Made by a program: the position numbers and the translations under genes. Under the pieces are notes generated by a model. The model saw only the letters and a program-made list of their open reading frames with translations, was not told the DNA's origin and searched no databases. DNA of 64,000 bases from Chiloscyllium plagiosum (Eukaryota), in NCBI RefSeq assembly GCF_004010195.1, contig NC_057718.1, forward strand, positions 41,820,444-41,884,443, given 5' to 3'. Below, in pieces: positions 38,105-53,045 of the stretch (position 1 is its first letter; each line of letters starts with the position of its first letter).

Positions 38105-39215
38105 AGCATTGTAGAAGCATACAAAATAGGAGGAGTAGGCCAATCAGCTCTTGTAACTTGCTCCAACATTCAATAAGATCATGGCTGATCATTCAACTCA
38201 GGACCCTATTCCTGCTTTCTCCCCATACCCTTTGATCCCTTCAGCACTTTGAACTTTATCTATACCATTTTTAATAACATTCAGTGTTGTAGCCGCAACT
38301 GTTTTCTGTGCAGAGAATTCCACAGGCTCACCATGCTCTGATGAAGAAATCTTTCCTTAATTCAGTTCTAAATGGCTTACCCCATTCCCTTAAACTGTTT
38401 TTGGACTTCCCAATTATCGGGAACATCTTTCTTGCATTTCTGCTGTCAATTCCTAATTGAATGTAAAAGGTTTCTATGACATCATTTCCCATTCTTCTAA
38501 ACTCCAGTGAATATAGTTTCTCTTCACACATTAAACCAGCCATCTCAGGAATCAGTCTGGTTGCAGTCCCTCCATCACCAGGACATCTTTCTTCAGATAA
38601 GGAGATCAAAACTGCACACAGAACTCTGGGTATAGTCTCACCAAAGTCCTGCACAGTTGCAGTAAGACATTCTTGCTACTGTTTTTGAATCCTTTCAGTC
38701 TGAAGGCCAATATACTATTTGCCTGCTTCACTGTCTACTCCATTTACATGTGTATGTTCAGTGACTGGTGTGCAAGGACACTCAGGTCTCATTGCAACCC
38801 CAACCCCTGCTGACTTTCCAATCTATTGCCTGACAGCTGATAATCTGCTTTCCTGATTTTGCTATCAATATGGATAACCTCACATTTCTGCAAACTATAT
38901 TCATCTATATTTGTTCATCACTCACTCAGCTTGTCTAAATCAAACTGAAGCTTCTCTATATCCTTATTGGAGGTACTGCATTTAATTCTCTCATTAAAAT
39001 CATTAATATATATTGTGAATAGCTGGAATCCAAGCTCTGATCCCTGCCGTACGCCACTAGTCACTGGCTGCCCACTTGGAAAAAGATCCAATTATGTCTG
39101 CTGTTTGTTTTTTGTCTGCCAATCAATTCCTTATCCATGTCAGTACACCACTCCCAAAGTCATGCACTTTAACTTGACATGCTAATCTCTGTTGTGGGAC
39201 CTTATTGAAAGCCTT
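38105..39215 (-). mobile_element. CR1-clade LINE RT/3' fragment
   Basis: Reverse strand gives FQ.GP and SGVRQGSELGFQLFTIYIND-like motifs, plus LYSLEFRRMGNDVIETF and FRTELRKDFF. Confidence 0.88.
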
Positions 39216-39217
39216 CG

Positions 39218-39630
39218 GTCTAACCAGTCCATGGAAACATAATCCCAAATTAGACTAGTCCCATCTGCCTGCTCCTGGCCCATATCCCTCCAAACCTTTC
39301 CTATTCATGTACATATCCAAGTGTCTTTTAAACATTCTAATTGTACCCATATCCACCACTTCCTCGGGAAGCTCATTCCACACACAAACTACCCTCTGTG
39401 TAAAAAAATTGTCTCTCATGTCTTTTTTAATTCTCTCTCCTTTCACCTGCCCACCAGTCTTGAAATCAACCATCGTAGAAAAAAGACAACTCCCATTAAC
39501 TCTATCTATACGTCTCATTATTTTATAGACTTTTATAAGGTTGCCTCTCAATCTCCTACGCTCCAGTGAAAAAGGTCCAAGCCTATCCTGCCTTTCTTTA
39601 TAACTTAAACCTTCCATAGCTGGTAAATCT
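39218..39630 (-). mobile_element. Younger CR1-clade LINE 3' fragment
   Basis: ORF 39255-39617: MEGLSYKERQDRLGPFSLERRRLRGNLIKVYKIMR...FFTQRVVCVWNELPEEVV. Confidence 0.93.
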
Positions 39631-41592
39631 TTCCTTAGATCTACTATCCTTTATTCCCCTATTAACAATGGACCATTTCCAATTTTAAGTTTTCCTTATG
39701 GTGTTTTATAGCTTCTTGATCACTTTAAAAGTGCCTTCTCTTATTTGTTGTTGTAGATTTAAAAGTCACAGTTGGCTTGTCCTTCATTGGTTGTTCTTGT
39801 TTTTAAGGGAACTGATGACTTTTTGCTTTCTTTCCTTGCTGTACTTTCAAAGTTTGCAATCTCGTAATAGAATATTTTTGCTTGTAGGGAGCATTCACAG
39901 CAATAAAAAAGGAATGTTAGTGTCGTGTGTGTTTTTTTTATTTTCAAGCCATTTCAGAAGAAAGTCATGTTAGAAACAACCAATGTCTGAGGATAAACAC
40001 TTTGCTCCAGAAAGTGTTTTTGATTTTCTGCATTTTAAGCTGAGCTTTTGTCTTGGAACATTTTACAGCTGCCAATTCAGAGCTATTTAAAATTCCCTTT
40101 TTGTAAACTTAGGATCAGTAGCAGTCTCTTGTTTCTTTTAAAGAGAGATTAATAGGTTGTATACTCACAGCCCTTCAGTACAGGTTTAGGTTTGGTGTGG
40201 CACCTTGGCTTTGTTTGTAGTTAGAAATTCAGTTCTGACTTACCAGATTAATAATTAACTGTTAGGAAAAAAAGCAAGACTTTTCACAAATATCAAACTA
40301 CCGTAAACTTTTCAGCACTTAATTACTGACCTAACTGGCTGACACAGCTAGTTTTTAGAGCCCATTTACTGCCACCATGATGCCATTTATCATTTACTGA
40401 ATGTTAATCCATGCAACATAGACCACAAAAAGGTGTTCAGGTGATAAAAGTACCTCAAAGTTTCTTTATGACACTAACTATTTAGAAAGCTATGATACTA
40501 TAGACTTACACATGTAGTTTGGATTCTATGTTTATTGTGGTTGCTGTACGTGACACTCACAGCTGATCAACTCCACTGACTCCTTAACACAAAGATACTG
40601 ATTGAAGGTGAGGCAATTACTTTTATACTGGGAAGTCCCCATATCCTAATATAATGTAACTGTCTTAAAGTTACAGGCCTATCTGGTCTGGAATCTATGC
40701 TGTAATATAACACTGGTGAGTCTTCCACTGTCAGGATTTTGTGCAGACATGTTGTTATACTATAAGTAGCTATATTGTACATTGTGACCTGAATTTTAGT
40801 CAACCTTTTCAATATTTTTGGAAAATTTCATGCCATAGACATCATGAGAAACAAAATCAAAATTTAAGTAAATTTGATATTAAAACTCATAGTCATATAA
40901 TCAACCACAACTATTTTTCTTCAAGTCTTAAGTAAGAAGCAACTGAAGAAACTCATTCTGAGGATAATCAAGTGGTTGCATAATGGAAAGAGAGAGAGAT
41001 GGATCAATCTGAATTACAGTTGGAAGCTAGGAAATTCTATATAATGTTTTTTGTGGTATTGTATCTGCATTGTGTTTCCAACAGATGTATATTGTCTGAG
41101 TCTACATTTCGTACATGAGAAAGATTGGCCATTTCTATTTTCCTCAGATTGTCTCCTGTCTCACAATTTGATTGTTGACTTATCTGTATTTCACATTTAG
41201 TTAGAAGACAATTATGGATGGGCAACAAATGGTGACCTTGCGGATGATCATCCTGTGGTTCCTAGAACTTTGAGATAATCACACTTTTAGTCCCAAATTC
41301 TGAAACTGTATTTCTCAACTATATATCTTCAAGCTTGCCATATAAGGTGCATTGATACATTGTTGCTTGGACATTGACAGTAGAGTGGTGATAAGTGATA
41401 TGGCACTCTGAACATTAAAGTATACATTTGCATATACATGTAACTTCCAAATTATATTGAAATTGAATTTTGATTGAGAAAAACAATTGCCCGAACTAAT
41501 GCCAAAGAAGGAAAAATACTGTATAGTGTGAAAATGAAATGGCCACCATCACACTAGGTCATGAATTATACTCGAAGAATATTACAATATGA

Positions 41593-41932
41593 AGCAGCAC
41601 AGTGACTCAGTGGTTACCACTGTTACTCCCCAGCACCAGGGACCTGGATTTAATTCCAGCCTTGGGTGACTTTCTATGTGGAGTTTGCACATTCTCCCTG
41701 TGTCTGCTTGGGTTTCCTTTGGGTGCTCCGGTTTCCTCTCATAGTCTAAACATGTGCAGATTGGGTGGATTGGCCATGCTAAATTGCTTATAGTGCCCAG
41801 TGATGTGTCGGTTAGATGGATTAGCCATGGGATATACAGGGTTACAGGGATAGGGTAGTGGGGTGAGCCTGGGTGGGATACTCTTCAGAGAGTCGGTGTG
41901 GCCTGTTTCCACACTGTAGGGATTCTATGAGA
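41593..41932 (+). mobile_element. HE1-type V-SINE (diverged)
   Basis: Colinear with 61410-61730; ends GGGATTCTATGA. Confidence 0.9.
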
Positions 41933-44900
41933 TCTAGGAACAAAAGTGCTACACATCCCATGACATTTTTTTAAAAATCTGACTTGCCAATTTGGGACAC
42001 TTGTTTGACTGCAGTTTATGAAGGGAAAATGTTTCACCAAAATTCTTTGACTTCAGAAAGCATGGTTCTTATAGTTAAACAGATCTGTGTAATGCTGTTT
42101 GGTTTCTCCCTTGGGAACGTAGAATTTATAAGTGTATCTCATCTCCCTAAATATCCAGCCTAGTGAAAGCATTGATGTTAATTGTATAATATTAAATAAA
42201 ATCAAGTGCAAAAACAATCTGGGAATATGTAGCAAATCTGCTACTAGCTATAAGTGAACAGTCTTATTAATTCTTCATGTGGAGATTCTATATTAAAACT
42301 TACCCTGTTCATCCAGAACATTAACCTGACCTTATTCCTTTAAATCTGTTTTGCAGTTTTATAAAATTTTGGAAATACTCAGCAGATCGGGAAGCATAAA
42401 ATAGCACTTGGTCACTGCATGAAATCAAAATGAATGCACCCGAATATTAAGAAAACAGCTGATCTCTCCAACTTGCCTACCACAGAATGTAAATGCATGA
42501 CTCACCACTGAAAACTAGGGCAGGGAGATACCCTTCGCAGCAAGGAATTGCAAGTATTTGGGAGCTTCAGGAACAGGTATTGAGTCAGTTATAAGTATAC
42601 AATCAATAGTAATCGCTGTGAATTAGTACCAAGAAGGTGACTCGCCTCTTTTTCTTCCCCATGTCATCTTTATGTTTTTATCTTTCCTGCCATTAGAGAG
42701 ATTATGTCTTGGACTCCCTGCAAGGTTACAATGGGCTCCTAGGAGTCCATAGACTTGAGAACCATTGATGTAAAATAACATCATTCACAAATGCTTTAAA
42801 AATATTTTGAGCATGATTAGTGATATAATATTGTTTCCAATGTGGTGTACCTGCAAATTCTTCAAATGTTGCTGCTTACCCTAACTTTCAAAGAGGAGGC
42901 GATGTGAGGAAATGAGTTCATGGTCTTGTGGGAGTAAGGAAGATGTCTCTTTATACTTGTACAGCTATCCGATCCTCAAATCACAATCAAAGGACATTTT
43001 ACTAACGTCAGTCTGCATGTAAACATTTATAAAATAGAGGATCAAAGAGATGAGATCTCTGCTGACACATTTGTGTGTTTAAATTGCTACTCAGTTAAAA
43101 TGAGAAGCTATTGTATTATATAGATCGGTATGGACATCATGAGGCAAGATTCTTTTCTCGTAACTATGGACAGTATTTTTGGATAGCTGATTTCCCACTC
43201 CCCTGCCATCCACAGAATCAGCAGAAAACCCATCCTCAAAGGATAGAACCTCCACCCTTAGGAAGCCCCCATCTTAGAGAACTGTACAATCAACTCAATT
43301 GGTTGACAACTGCAATGTCTCAGCAACACCAGATTTGAATGGTGGCCAGTACTGGTACTAAGGGAATGACAGAATGGAGCTAATGGAGGAGAGACTTGAG
43401 AAGGGCCCTAGTATGGGGAATGGGGTGGGGCTTGGTTTGAAAGGCTGGGAAAGGGAGGTTAAAGGTTACAAAGGATTCTTTTGACAAGAACATTCTGCCT
43501 TGTCTGACACCAGATTGTCAAGTACAACCTGCCAGGTTACAAACCTGGTATGGGCCTACCCTCCCATGGGTAAGATAATGGGCTGACTGAGCCAATTAAG
43601 ACCATTTAAGGACCAAATTTGGCTCTGGGTTTGGAGGGTCAGCTAACATACATCATAACCTCCACAAAATAAGATCCAGATCAAGGAAGTTTAGGAAGGT
43701 GATGGGCAGGTCATGTGTTGCATTTTTTGAGTTTGTGTGGGTCTGTAAAATTCTGTCTTATATTTAGCAATCTCTTAAAATATTTTTAAAAGTTTTCTTT
43801 ATTTCATATTTTCAAGAAGTTTTTTTTGTGTGTTTGCCTTCTGCTAGAAATAGCAAGTAGAGGAATCTTTACAAATGCATTTACAGCACGTAGTGGTCAG
43901 AAGAATTCTCATTCCTCATTCTTGGGAATTCAATTTCTGATACAAAAGGCCTTGAATTACAGCATATGAGGTTGGGTCAGAGGCTCCAGTTTGTCCCAAA
44001 TCAGACAACATTTTACTGGGAGCTTCCCTGGTGCCTCAATGCCTGTTGTGGAGCTAAATCATAAACTAATTACACATTTGTAAGTTAAGAGAAAAATCTG
44101 GTTGAACCCTTTTACTCACAATGTAATAGTTTTAGAATAGATTACCAGGGAAGATCAGTAATACAGAGATTCAAGAGACAATTGGGTACATTTTTGGAAA
44201 GACATGGAGTTGAATGAGAGGGGCAGGTGAGGTTGATCTATGGAAATGAGATTAGTTTGTTCCATTTATTGGTTTTGACATATTCTGAGATAGTTTTATG
44301 CTGCTATATTCATATGGATTTCAGATTTGATTCTTGGCCTGTGCTCAGGCCAGCAATAATGGTTATAACATAATGGTGCCCCATGAGAGAGGTTAGCAAC
44401 TAAATTGGCAAAAATATAAAACACCACTGTAACCCATTGTGAGTGCACGTTAGTATGATCAGGTAAGAAGGGGTAAACTGGTTCCCCTCTGTACATTTTC
44501 CTTGCATGGTAACAGCAAAGCTGTAAGTGCTTTTTTGTACCTCATCTTAATTAGAAACACAGCTAAATTTTTTTTTGCTGTGAGCAATAAAGAGCAATCA
44601 AAAAAGTTTACTTGATTGAACAAAGTAAAAATTTATTAACTGTTAAATACAGGGAAGATAATAGAAAACACAATGTTTGTCAAGCATACAAGCTCAGCAC
44701 AATCACTTGAATGCACATGCATACAGACATACACATTATGATCAGCCATGATCATATTGAATGGCAGAGCAATCTTGAAATACTGAATTGCCTACTCCTG
44801 CTCCTATTTCTCTATCTTTCACACACACGTACTAAGTTTAAGGGAGACAGTGCCCAATATAATAAAGGTAAAAGAATGTTTGGTTTAGGGTCCATTTTTA

Positions 44901-45613
44901 CACTTTGAGGCATAAGGTTTAATCTGAGAGTAATGTTGATTAGTTGGTTTCTTAGATGCACTTGGTTATAGGAAATGATGCAATTATTAAAAACTACTTA
45001 GCTCCTTGATGATTTTTGCTTGTACTTGGCTCCATGAAAGCCAGGTGCCAACTTCTTCAGAACAACAATGGCAACAACAGCTATTCTTCAATTATCTGTG
45101 TAAAATATTCCTAGACCCTCCCTTGAAATAATGGTTTCATCATGTGTTACCAAGTGAATCTTTGGCTGGGTCTATCTGAGACAGTTACAGCACCAATGTC
45201 CAGTATTTTGCATTTGTTATTATCTTCATGAGACTGAGATGTGTGTCAATGAATAATAATCTGAAAATTGGCCCATAATGGAGTCAATCCATTTTTGCAA
45301 AAAGTTTTGGTGGACAGTATTTCCCTGTTGTTCTTTGATCCAATGTTGTTGAGTTTTCCTAATATCTTTTGTTAAGGTAAGGGGCTGGCAATCTTCAGTT
45401 TGCATAATGAGATTCAGATTTAAGTCTTTAATTCAGCAATGCCTGTAGTTAGGAATTCTTGCCCCCGTGCAGGTACGTTGGAAGGTCACATTGTAAGCTA
45501 TACATTTCATGGGGTGAATCTTAATGTCTAAGTAATTTCCTCTTTTCTGGATCTGTTAGCTAGTCCTAGCCATTGGATGTTCATTTGTGTGATCCTGTGA
45601 GGTTGGCTGCTTT

Positions 45614-45928
45614 CACGGTGGCACAGTGGTTAGTACTGCTGCCTCACAGCGCCTGAGACCTGGGTTCAATTCCCGCCTCAGGCGACTGACTGTGTGGAGT
45701 TTGCACGTTCTCCCCGTGTCTGCGTGGGTTTTCTCCGGGTGCTCTGGTTTCCTCCCACAGTCCAAAAGATGTGCAGGCCAGGTGAATTGGCCATGCTAAA
45801 TTGCCCGTAGTGTCAGGTAAGGGGTAAATGTAGGGGTATGGGTGGGTTGCGCTTCGACGGGTCGGTGTGGACTTGTTGGGCCGAAGGGCCTGTTTCCACG
45901 CTGTAATGTAATCTAATCTAAAAAAAAA
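45614..45928 (+). mobile_element. HE1-type V-SINE (young)
   Basis: A-box TGGCACAGTGG, B-box GGTTCAATTCC, V-domain and (TAATC)n tail; highly similar to 61410-61730. Confidence 0.95.
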
Positions 45929-46884
45929 TCAGGTGATTTTGGCAGCCATTTTAAAGTGCCCCAATTCATTTATAACTGTTTTCTAACTATCCTAAAGTCC
46001 AAGGCTTTTAAGTTAATAGATTAGATTTTTAAGATCAAATTTCATATTTTACGTCATCATGGCAACATGCTTAAGGCAAAATGCTTAAAGCTTAGCTGAA
46101 TCAGATTTGCAGGCTAGTAAGTAGCGTGCTATCAAGAGGCTGGTTTTGTAATTACAAAATGGGACTCCGTTCCTCACATTTTGGGAGCTATTTCAATGTA
46201 ATTATTGCAGTCAATGTTTCCAAGGACATGGGAGACCAGACAGTCAAGGGCAATTAGAGTTGCCAGATCCAGTAGATAAATGCATTTCTACTGTTTTTTT
46301 ATGGAATTCCTCTGTAAACTCCCCTCAAAGTGATCTCTCCATCCTGTCACTTCTGAAGGCTCCTTCCCTAACAATGCCTAAGTCTTACCCAATTACCAGG
46401 GACTATCTATGGCTGCTTCCTTCGACTGTGTCTTCCCTGCCAGCAATTGTAAAATTGGCTGGCTGGTGGAGGGAAATGGAATAGAAAAATTCAGCAGTTG
46501 TCTTGTCATCAAATTCATATTTCTTATGGTTTTCATGACTCTCTGTGGAAAAACAAAACTCAGTTTCTTCTCTCCATCACATTAGTATTGGAGCAATGGT
46601 GTCTGGATTCATTAAATTACCAAATATTTGGGTACCAAATGACGGTTTATATTATGAAATTCTCTCATAAATGTTCAAGAAAATATGGGAGAAAAGTGAA
46701 GACAAAAGTTTTATATTTTATTTAACAACACTCAATGAGGTGCTTTATGGGGTTTTGCAAGGCTAAAGTTCCTGGATTCATACACGGTGTTGTTATTGTT
46801 ATTGGTATTATGTAGTGCTCATCACTTTCAGAAAGCAGTATCTCCAAATGATTAAACACAAAACAGTAGGTTCCTTAATTGCAT

Positions 46885-47165
46885 CATAGAATCAAAAAGG
46901 TCTGCAGAATGGAAACAACCAATTTGGCCATGCCACTCAGTTTTCACAATTTGAACTAGTCCCAATTCCCAGCATTTGGTCCACATCCCTTCATGTTTAT
47001 CCCATCCATGTACCCATCTAAATGTTTCTCAAATGACAAAATTGTACTCACTTCCAAAACCACCACTGGTACCCCGTTCCAGACACTTACCACCCTCTGT
47101 GGAAAAATGTTACCCCTCTGGACCCACTTACCTTAAACCAATGCCCTCTTGTTCTTCCTAGGGGA
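46885..47165 (-). mobile_element. CR1-clade LINE 3' fragment
   Basis: Reverse strand gives FFHRGW/QRVVSVWNG-type motifs and a CR1 3' UTR. Confidence 0.8.
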
Positions 47166-48217
47166 AGCCATAATCACAAAGGCTAGAGAATTGATGTAAT
47201 AGTGTCTCACCCTGGTGTAACTCTGCTCACAACAGAGGCTCAGGAAATGTACTGTTAAAATTTCCCTGTCTGTACATGTTTCATGAATGGTTATAACCTG
47301 TCACCTGGTGGCTTTGAGCATCAGCTGGAATTTCAGCTTCTATTTGGAGCAATACTATCAGAGTATCATCTATCTTTTTAAAAAATTATTTCTTGTCTTT
47401 TTTTAAACATTTTGTAAAGGGTTAATGTATCTAAGTAATACTAAGCCAGTCTTCTGATCTTTTTTTCCCCAACTGATCTCAGCTTCAGCTTCATCTCAGT
47501 GGGAGACAAGTGATGGTGTTTATTCACTGCAGCTCAAGCACTCACTCAAGTTGCCACTGGAGCTTTCAACAATCACCAAGAGACAAGCCAATTCCAAGCT
47601 ATCGTCATTTCACAGAATAACATCAGACATAACACATGGCATGTCCTGTTACTGCGGTGCATCAAGCAGCAAATTTACACATTGCCAACACAAAAGATTG
47701 CAAAGTGGAGGTAGTCCTGCTCAGACTATATAATGCACTGAAGCAGTGCATAGGCAGTAAAAATGTGAGATTTTCAATCCAGCAAAGAAATAACCAAAAG
47801 AAGCATGTTCTGGTAAATTACTTCAAGTAAATTTGGAACGCTACTTCAAATTTACTATTAGTAGTAGGATGAGTAGCATAAGCATAAAATCTTTGCTTCA
47901 ACTTGAGAAACACATTTTCACAGAGAAACACAAGGAGCAATATTCCAGATGTTACATGATACTGTATCTCACCATCGCATTTCTTGTCCCATCCATGTCT
48001 CAAAATTGCTTAACTATATTTTCAATATCCAATAGTGGATGAAACAAATATCCTCTGCCAAAATATTTGAAGGCCAAATCCATTGCTTTCAGTACCTACC
48101 ACCAACTTCACTTCCTAGCCTCTGATTCCATCTTTTTTCCTGGGAACTGTTGGGCACTGAATTAGTTTGTTCACAATCTTGGTATCATGTTTGAATTTGA
48201 AATGAACTTTCAACTGC

Positions 48218-48348
48218 ATTCCTGATGAAGGGCTTTTGCCTGAAACGTCGATTTTACTGCTCCTCAGATGCTGCCTGAACTGCTGTGCTTTTCCAGCACC
48301 ACTCTAATTTAGACTCTGGTTCCCAGCATCTGCAGTCTTTGTTTTTAC
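48218..48348 (+). mobile_element. Stand-alone hammerhead-bearing PLE pLTR insert (core 48222-48249)
   Basis: ATTCCTGATGAAGGGCTTTTGCCTGAAACGTCG..., flanked by CTGCAT at 48214-48219 and 48349-48354. Confidence 0.88.
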
Positions 48349-48448
48349 CTGCATATTCATATTGTCAATAAGACCACCTGTTCCTACCTAGACAACATTC
48401 CCCTCAACTAACCTACTGCTGAAAGCTTCATTCATGCATTTGTTAGCT

Positions 48449-48596
48449 TTCCAGCTTTCCAGCTTTGACAAAGGATCAGTTAGACTCGAAACGTCAGCTC
48501 TTTTCTCTCCTTACAGATGCTGCCAGACCTGCTGAGATTTTCCAGCATCTTCTCTTTTGGCTTCAGATTCTAGCATCTGCAGTAATTTGCTTTTAT
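48449..48596 (+). mobile_element. Stand-alone PLE pLTR insert of a second family (decayed hammerhead 48465-48495)
   Basis: TSD TTTGTTAGCT at 48439-48448 and 48597-48606. AGCT-TTGACAA..GACTC-GAAACGTC-AGCT provides an AGCT/AGCT stem I. Confidence 0.82.
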
Positions 48597-50235
48597 TTTG
48601 TTAGCTCTACTCATTGTTATTTCAATGTACTTCGGGCCAATTCCCCATGTTCTATCCTCTGTTAACTTGAAGTTGTTTAGACCGTACTATCACTAGTTTT
48701 AACATAGAAACATATAAATTCGAAGCAGTGGTAGGCCATTCATCTTTTGAGCCTCCCCTATCATTCAGTATTATGATGTCTGATCATCCAACTCTGTCCA
48801 CCTTTCTCTTGTAATCTTTTATCCCTTGAGCCCGAAGAATTATATCTAATTTCTTCTGGGAAATATTCAATGGTTTGGCCTCAACTACTTTCTGTAGCAC
48901 AGAATTCTAAAGGCTCACCACTTTCTGGGTGAAGAATTTCCTCTTCATCTCCATCCTAAATTGCATATCCTGTATCGTTAAACTGTGACCTCTGGGTCTG
49001 GATTCCCTGGTCTCTGGGAATGTCTTCCTGATTTACAGTATCCAACTCCCAATAAATTCTGATCAATGAAATGCATCTGTACTTTGTAACTTGCATTGGT
49101 TTAAGCAACACCCTGATTTTAAAGTTCCCTCCTTTCTGATATCTCTCCTTTTGGGCTCTCTCCTCCCTTTCTCTGTAATTTCCTCTAATGCCTCAACCTT
49201 CTGAATTATTTACACTGTATGAATTCTTGTCTCTCAAACCTTCCTAATTTTAATTGCTCCATCATTGGTGGATGTATCTTCAGCTACCAGGGCTCAAAGC
49301 TCTTCCTAAAATCCTTCCTAAAATCTTTCATTCCTCCTTAAGGATATTCCTTAAAAACTAATTCAATTATCAAGCTTTTGCTCATCTGCCCTAATTATTC
49401 TTCTCTAGCTTGGTAACAAATTTTGATAGCTACTGTCCTGTGAAATTCCTTGGAACATTTTATTATATTACATATGCTAAATAGTTAAAAACTACGTGCT
49501 GCTATTCTGCAGAATGAAGGCTTTTTCTCACTACTACCTATTGGGCTTAATCCTTATTCAATCTCTTCACAATGAAGCAACAGAGTGTTTGGAGTAGAAT
49601 TAAAAATTGTTGCAACACTTTAACGATTTATCTTGTCAATCTTCAGAGCTTGTTCTGGTTACTTTGGTGTAATTTTCAACAATGACAATTATTACACTCA
49701 AAGGATTATGGAAAGTCTTGCATTTCTGGCAGGAAGTGTTTTTCAACTTCATATAATTAGTAGTGCAGCGCAGTTGTAATGTCTCTAACTTGGAGCTAAG
49801 ACTAGAGAAATAAACACATGGTTCAGAGACTGGTTTGGGAAGGAAGGATTTCAGTTCATGAAACACTGGCATTAGTACTCAGGGAAGAGGCACCTATTCC
49901 ATAGGGATGAGCTCCACTTCAACCAGACTGGGGCCAGTGTACTGTTCACTTAGGTAACTAGTGCAATAAAGTAACTGAAAGCACAGGGAAGGGTTTGGTG
50001 ATGGCAGTTTTAGAAATCCAAAGTAAAAGATCAAGGAGATAGAATGGTGTAGTAATATCAGTAAAGACTTGTAAAGTGGAACAGAAAAAGACAGAGAGTT
50101 TAACAGTAATTGTGCATCATCCATGCAGGGAATATTACCAAAAGAAATTTATCTGCATGGATGAAACATCCACAATAAGGAAGTTGAACTAATGGCATAG
50201 CAGAGATAAAGGGGATAGATTTAATTGCTACTATA

Positions 50236-51625
50236 CACCATAAGACATAGGAGCATAAATTAGTCCATTCAGCCCATCAAATCTTCTCCAACATTCAATC
50301 ATGGCTGAAAAGTTACTCAACCTCATTCTCCCGGTTGGTGGCTAAATTGCCCATAGGGATAAGTGCATTAGTCAGAGGAAAGTGGGTCTGGATGGGGTAC
50401 TCTTCGGAGGGTTGGTGTGGACTGGTTGGGCCAAAGGGCCTGCTTCCACACTGTAGGGGATCTAATCTAGTCTATAAAAAAAAACGTTGATCCCCTTGAC
50501 ACTCAAGAACTGATCTATCTCAATCTTAAATATACTCAATGACCTGGTGTCCACAGTCTTCTGTGGCAATGAATTCCATGGATTCGCCATTCTTTGGCTG
50601 AAGAAGTTTCTCCTTATCTCCATTCTAAAAGGTCTTCCCTTTACTCCAAGACCCTTGGGTCCTAGTCTCTCCTTCCATTAGAAACATCTTCCCAACATTT
50701 ACTCTGCTCAGGCCATTCAGTATTCTGCATGCTTCCATTAGATTGCCCTCTCATCCTTCTAAACTCCTTTGGGTATAAACCCAGAGTCCTCAAACATTCC
50801 TCATATGTTAAGCTTTTCATACCTGACACCATTCTTGTGAACGTCCTCTGAACATGTTCCAGGGTCAGTACATCCTTCCTGAAATATGGGGCCCAAACCT
50901 GCACACAATACTCCAAATGTGGTCTGACCAGAGCCTTACAGAGCCTCAGAAGTACATCCCTGCTTTTACATTCAAGTCCTCTCAAAATAAATGCCAGCAT
51001 TGCATGTGCCTTCTTAACTACTGACTCAACCTGCAAGGTTACCTTGAGAGAATCCTGGACTAGAACTTCCAAGTCTCTTTGCACTGCAGACTTCTGAATT
51101 TTCTCCCCATTTAGAAAATAGTCCATGCCTCTATTGTTCAAAGTACATGACCTTACTCTTTCCCACATTGTACTCCATCTGTCACTCCTTTGCCTACTCT
51201 CCTAACCTGTCCAAATCCTTCTGTAGCCTCCCTAACTCCTCAATGCCACCTGTCCCTCTGCCTACCTATCTGCAAGCTTAGCCAGAATACCCTCAGTTCC
51301 TTCATTTAGATCATTAATGTATGAAGTGAAAAATTGTGGTCCTAACACTGACCCTTGCTGAACACCACTTGTCACCAGCTGCCATCCTGAGAAAGACCCT
51401 TTTATCCCCACTCTCTGCTTTCTGCCAGACAGCCAAGCTTCTATCCATGCTAGCACCTTGCCTCTAACACCATGCGCCTTTATCTTACTCAGTAGCCTCC
51501 TGTGCGGCACCTTGTCAAAGGCATTCTTGAAGTCCAGGTAGATAATATCCATTGGCTCTCCTTGGTCTAAACTGTTCATTACTTCCTCAAAGAATTCTCA
51601 CAGATTTGTCAGACATGACTTCCCA
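50236..51625 (-). mobile_element. CR1-clade LINE RT and 3' end, with a nested 5'-truncated HE1 SINE (50337-50483, plus)
   Basis: YLDFKNAFDKVPHRRLL, SGVQQGSVLGPQFFTSYINDL and LVRPHLEYCVQVWAP. Confidence 0.95.
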
Positions 51626-52734
51626 GAGACATTGGATCGAATCTTACCCAAAATTGGTTCAGTGTAACTGTTGTTGAGTTTCATGAAGGGTTTCTCACAG
51701 TGGAGCCTGGCAAGTTTGTTTGACTATTGTTCAAAACCCATCTCATTAACTATGTATCATCCTACATAGCGCTTACTGCTTTGATGCTAACTTGATTGTC
51801 TCAAGCATCCAAGGTAGAGATACTCATCCATACTGCCATGATATTCTGGGATCCCTAGTGCTGGCATCTAATTTGATTGCCAGCATTGCATATGATCAAG
51901 TGTTGTCCTTTACCATGCTGATAGTAGAATAGTAATCACAAAACAATGCTTCTTAGGGCATATAGGTATCACAGTTGAAACTTCCATTTCTCTGAGCCTT
52001 CATTTCATTGCAACAGCAATAAACTCCTGCTGTGGTTAAAAACATCAATCATACTTGCAGTGAACTTGTGTGGGAAACATAAAAAACAGAACAGGTCCTT
52101 AGTGATACAATCACTCAGCATTCACATCACTCACAATTAGTGGTTTACCTTGCTCTCCATACAGTGGGACATGTGTGACGTAAACTGTGGGATTTATTTG
52201 TATAATTTTAAATGTTATTTATTGTGATTTATTTATTTATTTATTCTGCTTTTGGAATTAGTAACTGGTGGGGTTTCTGTCTGTCTGAAGTTTATAATTC
52301 ATTTGTAATCATTTTCATAGCTGTGGTAATTTATTTTGAAAACAGCTCTTGAGGCCTAGCTTCAGAATTAATGGACTTTTGTTTGTATAGATTGTTTTAC
52401 AAACAAGCAAGGTAAATAATGGGGCCTCAATGTTTGTTAAAGAGTTTTGGAACTTGTTTATGTTGGGATGGTTGTATTGAGCAGTGCTCCTGAGAAAGAA
52501 AAGTATTAATATTGAATCAGGTTACCCTAAAGTGAATAATTAATTTCAGTTCCAGACCAGAAGTGTTGGGAGAAAACCCTAAGAAAAAGACTTATTGAGG
52601 ACCCTCGAGCAGATATATGAAACACAAATGACTTAACTCCTCTGTGGTGAGAGATACAGGGACACTGGTTTGAATATTATATGAGTGTTTATTTGGGTAT
52701 TGTACAAAAGCTGGTTTGTTTCTTTGTCAATTTT

Positions 52735-53045
52735 TAAAAATTCATTCATAGGATGTGGACATCACTGTCTAGGCCAGCATTTATTACCCAGAGGGAAGCT
52801 GCAAGTCAACCACATTGCTGTGGGTCTGGGATCACATGTACACCAGACTAGGTAAGGATTGTAGGCCTTCCCTAATGGACATTGGTGAATGAGATGGATT
52901 TTCCCCATCAGCAATGGTTTCATGGTCAGCGTTAGACTTATAATTCCAGACTTTTTTCGTCTCATTGGATTCAAACCGGGCCTCCCTGAATATTCTCGGG
53001 ATTACCAATCTAGCAATAATTCCATTAGGCCATCACCTATCCTTC
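52735..53045 (-). mobile_element. tRNA-headed SINE (family of 30978-31366)
   Basis: AGTCAACCACATTGCTGTGGGTCTGG..GGTAAGGAT block on the opposite strand. Confidence 0.82.

Larger units (their letters stand above)
48030..49490 (+). mobile_element. Old L2-type LINE 3' region with two nested PLE inserts and a nested CR1 (48703-49048, minus)
   Basis: VHNLGIMFE..MNF and ESFIHAFVSSTHCYFN (LIHAFxxSRLDY-like) motifs, broken by the inserts. Confidence 0.7.

Noticed and set aside
50662..51579. 168-aa and 105-aa RT-like ORFs as host genes
   Set aside because: Frameshifted CR1 ORF2 fragments.
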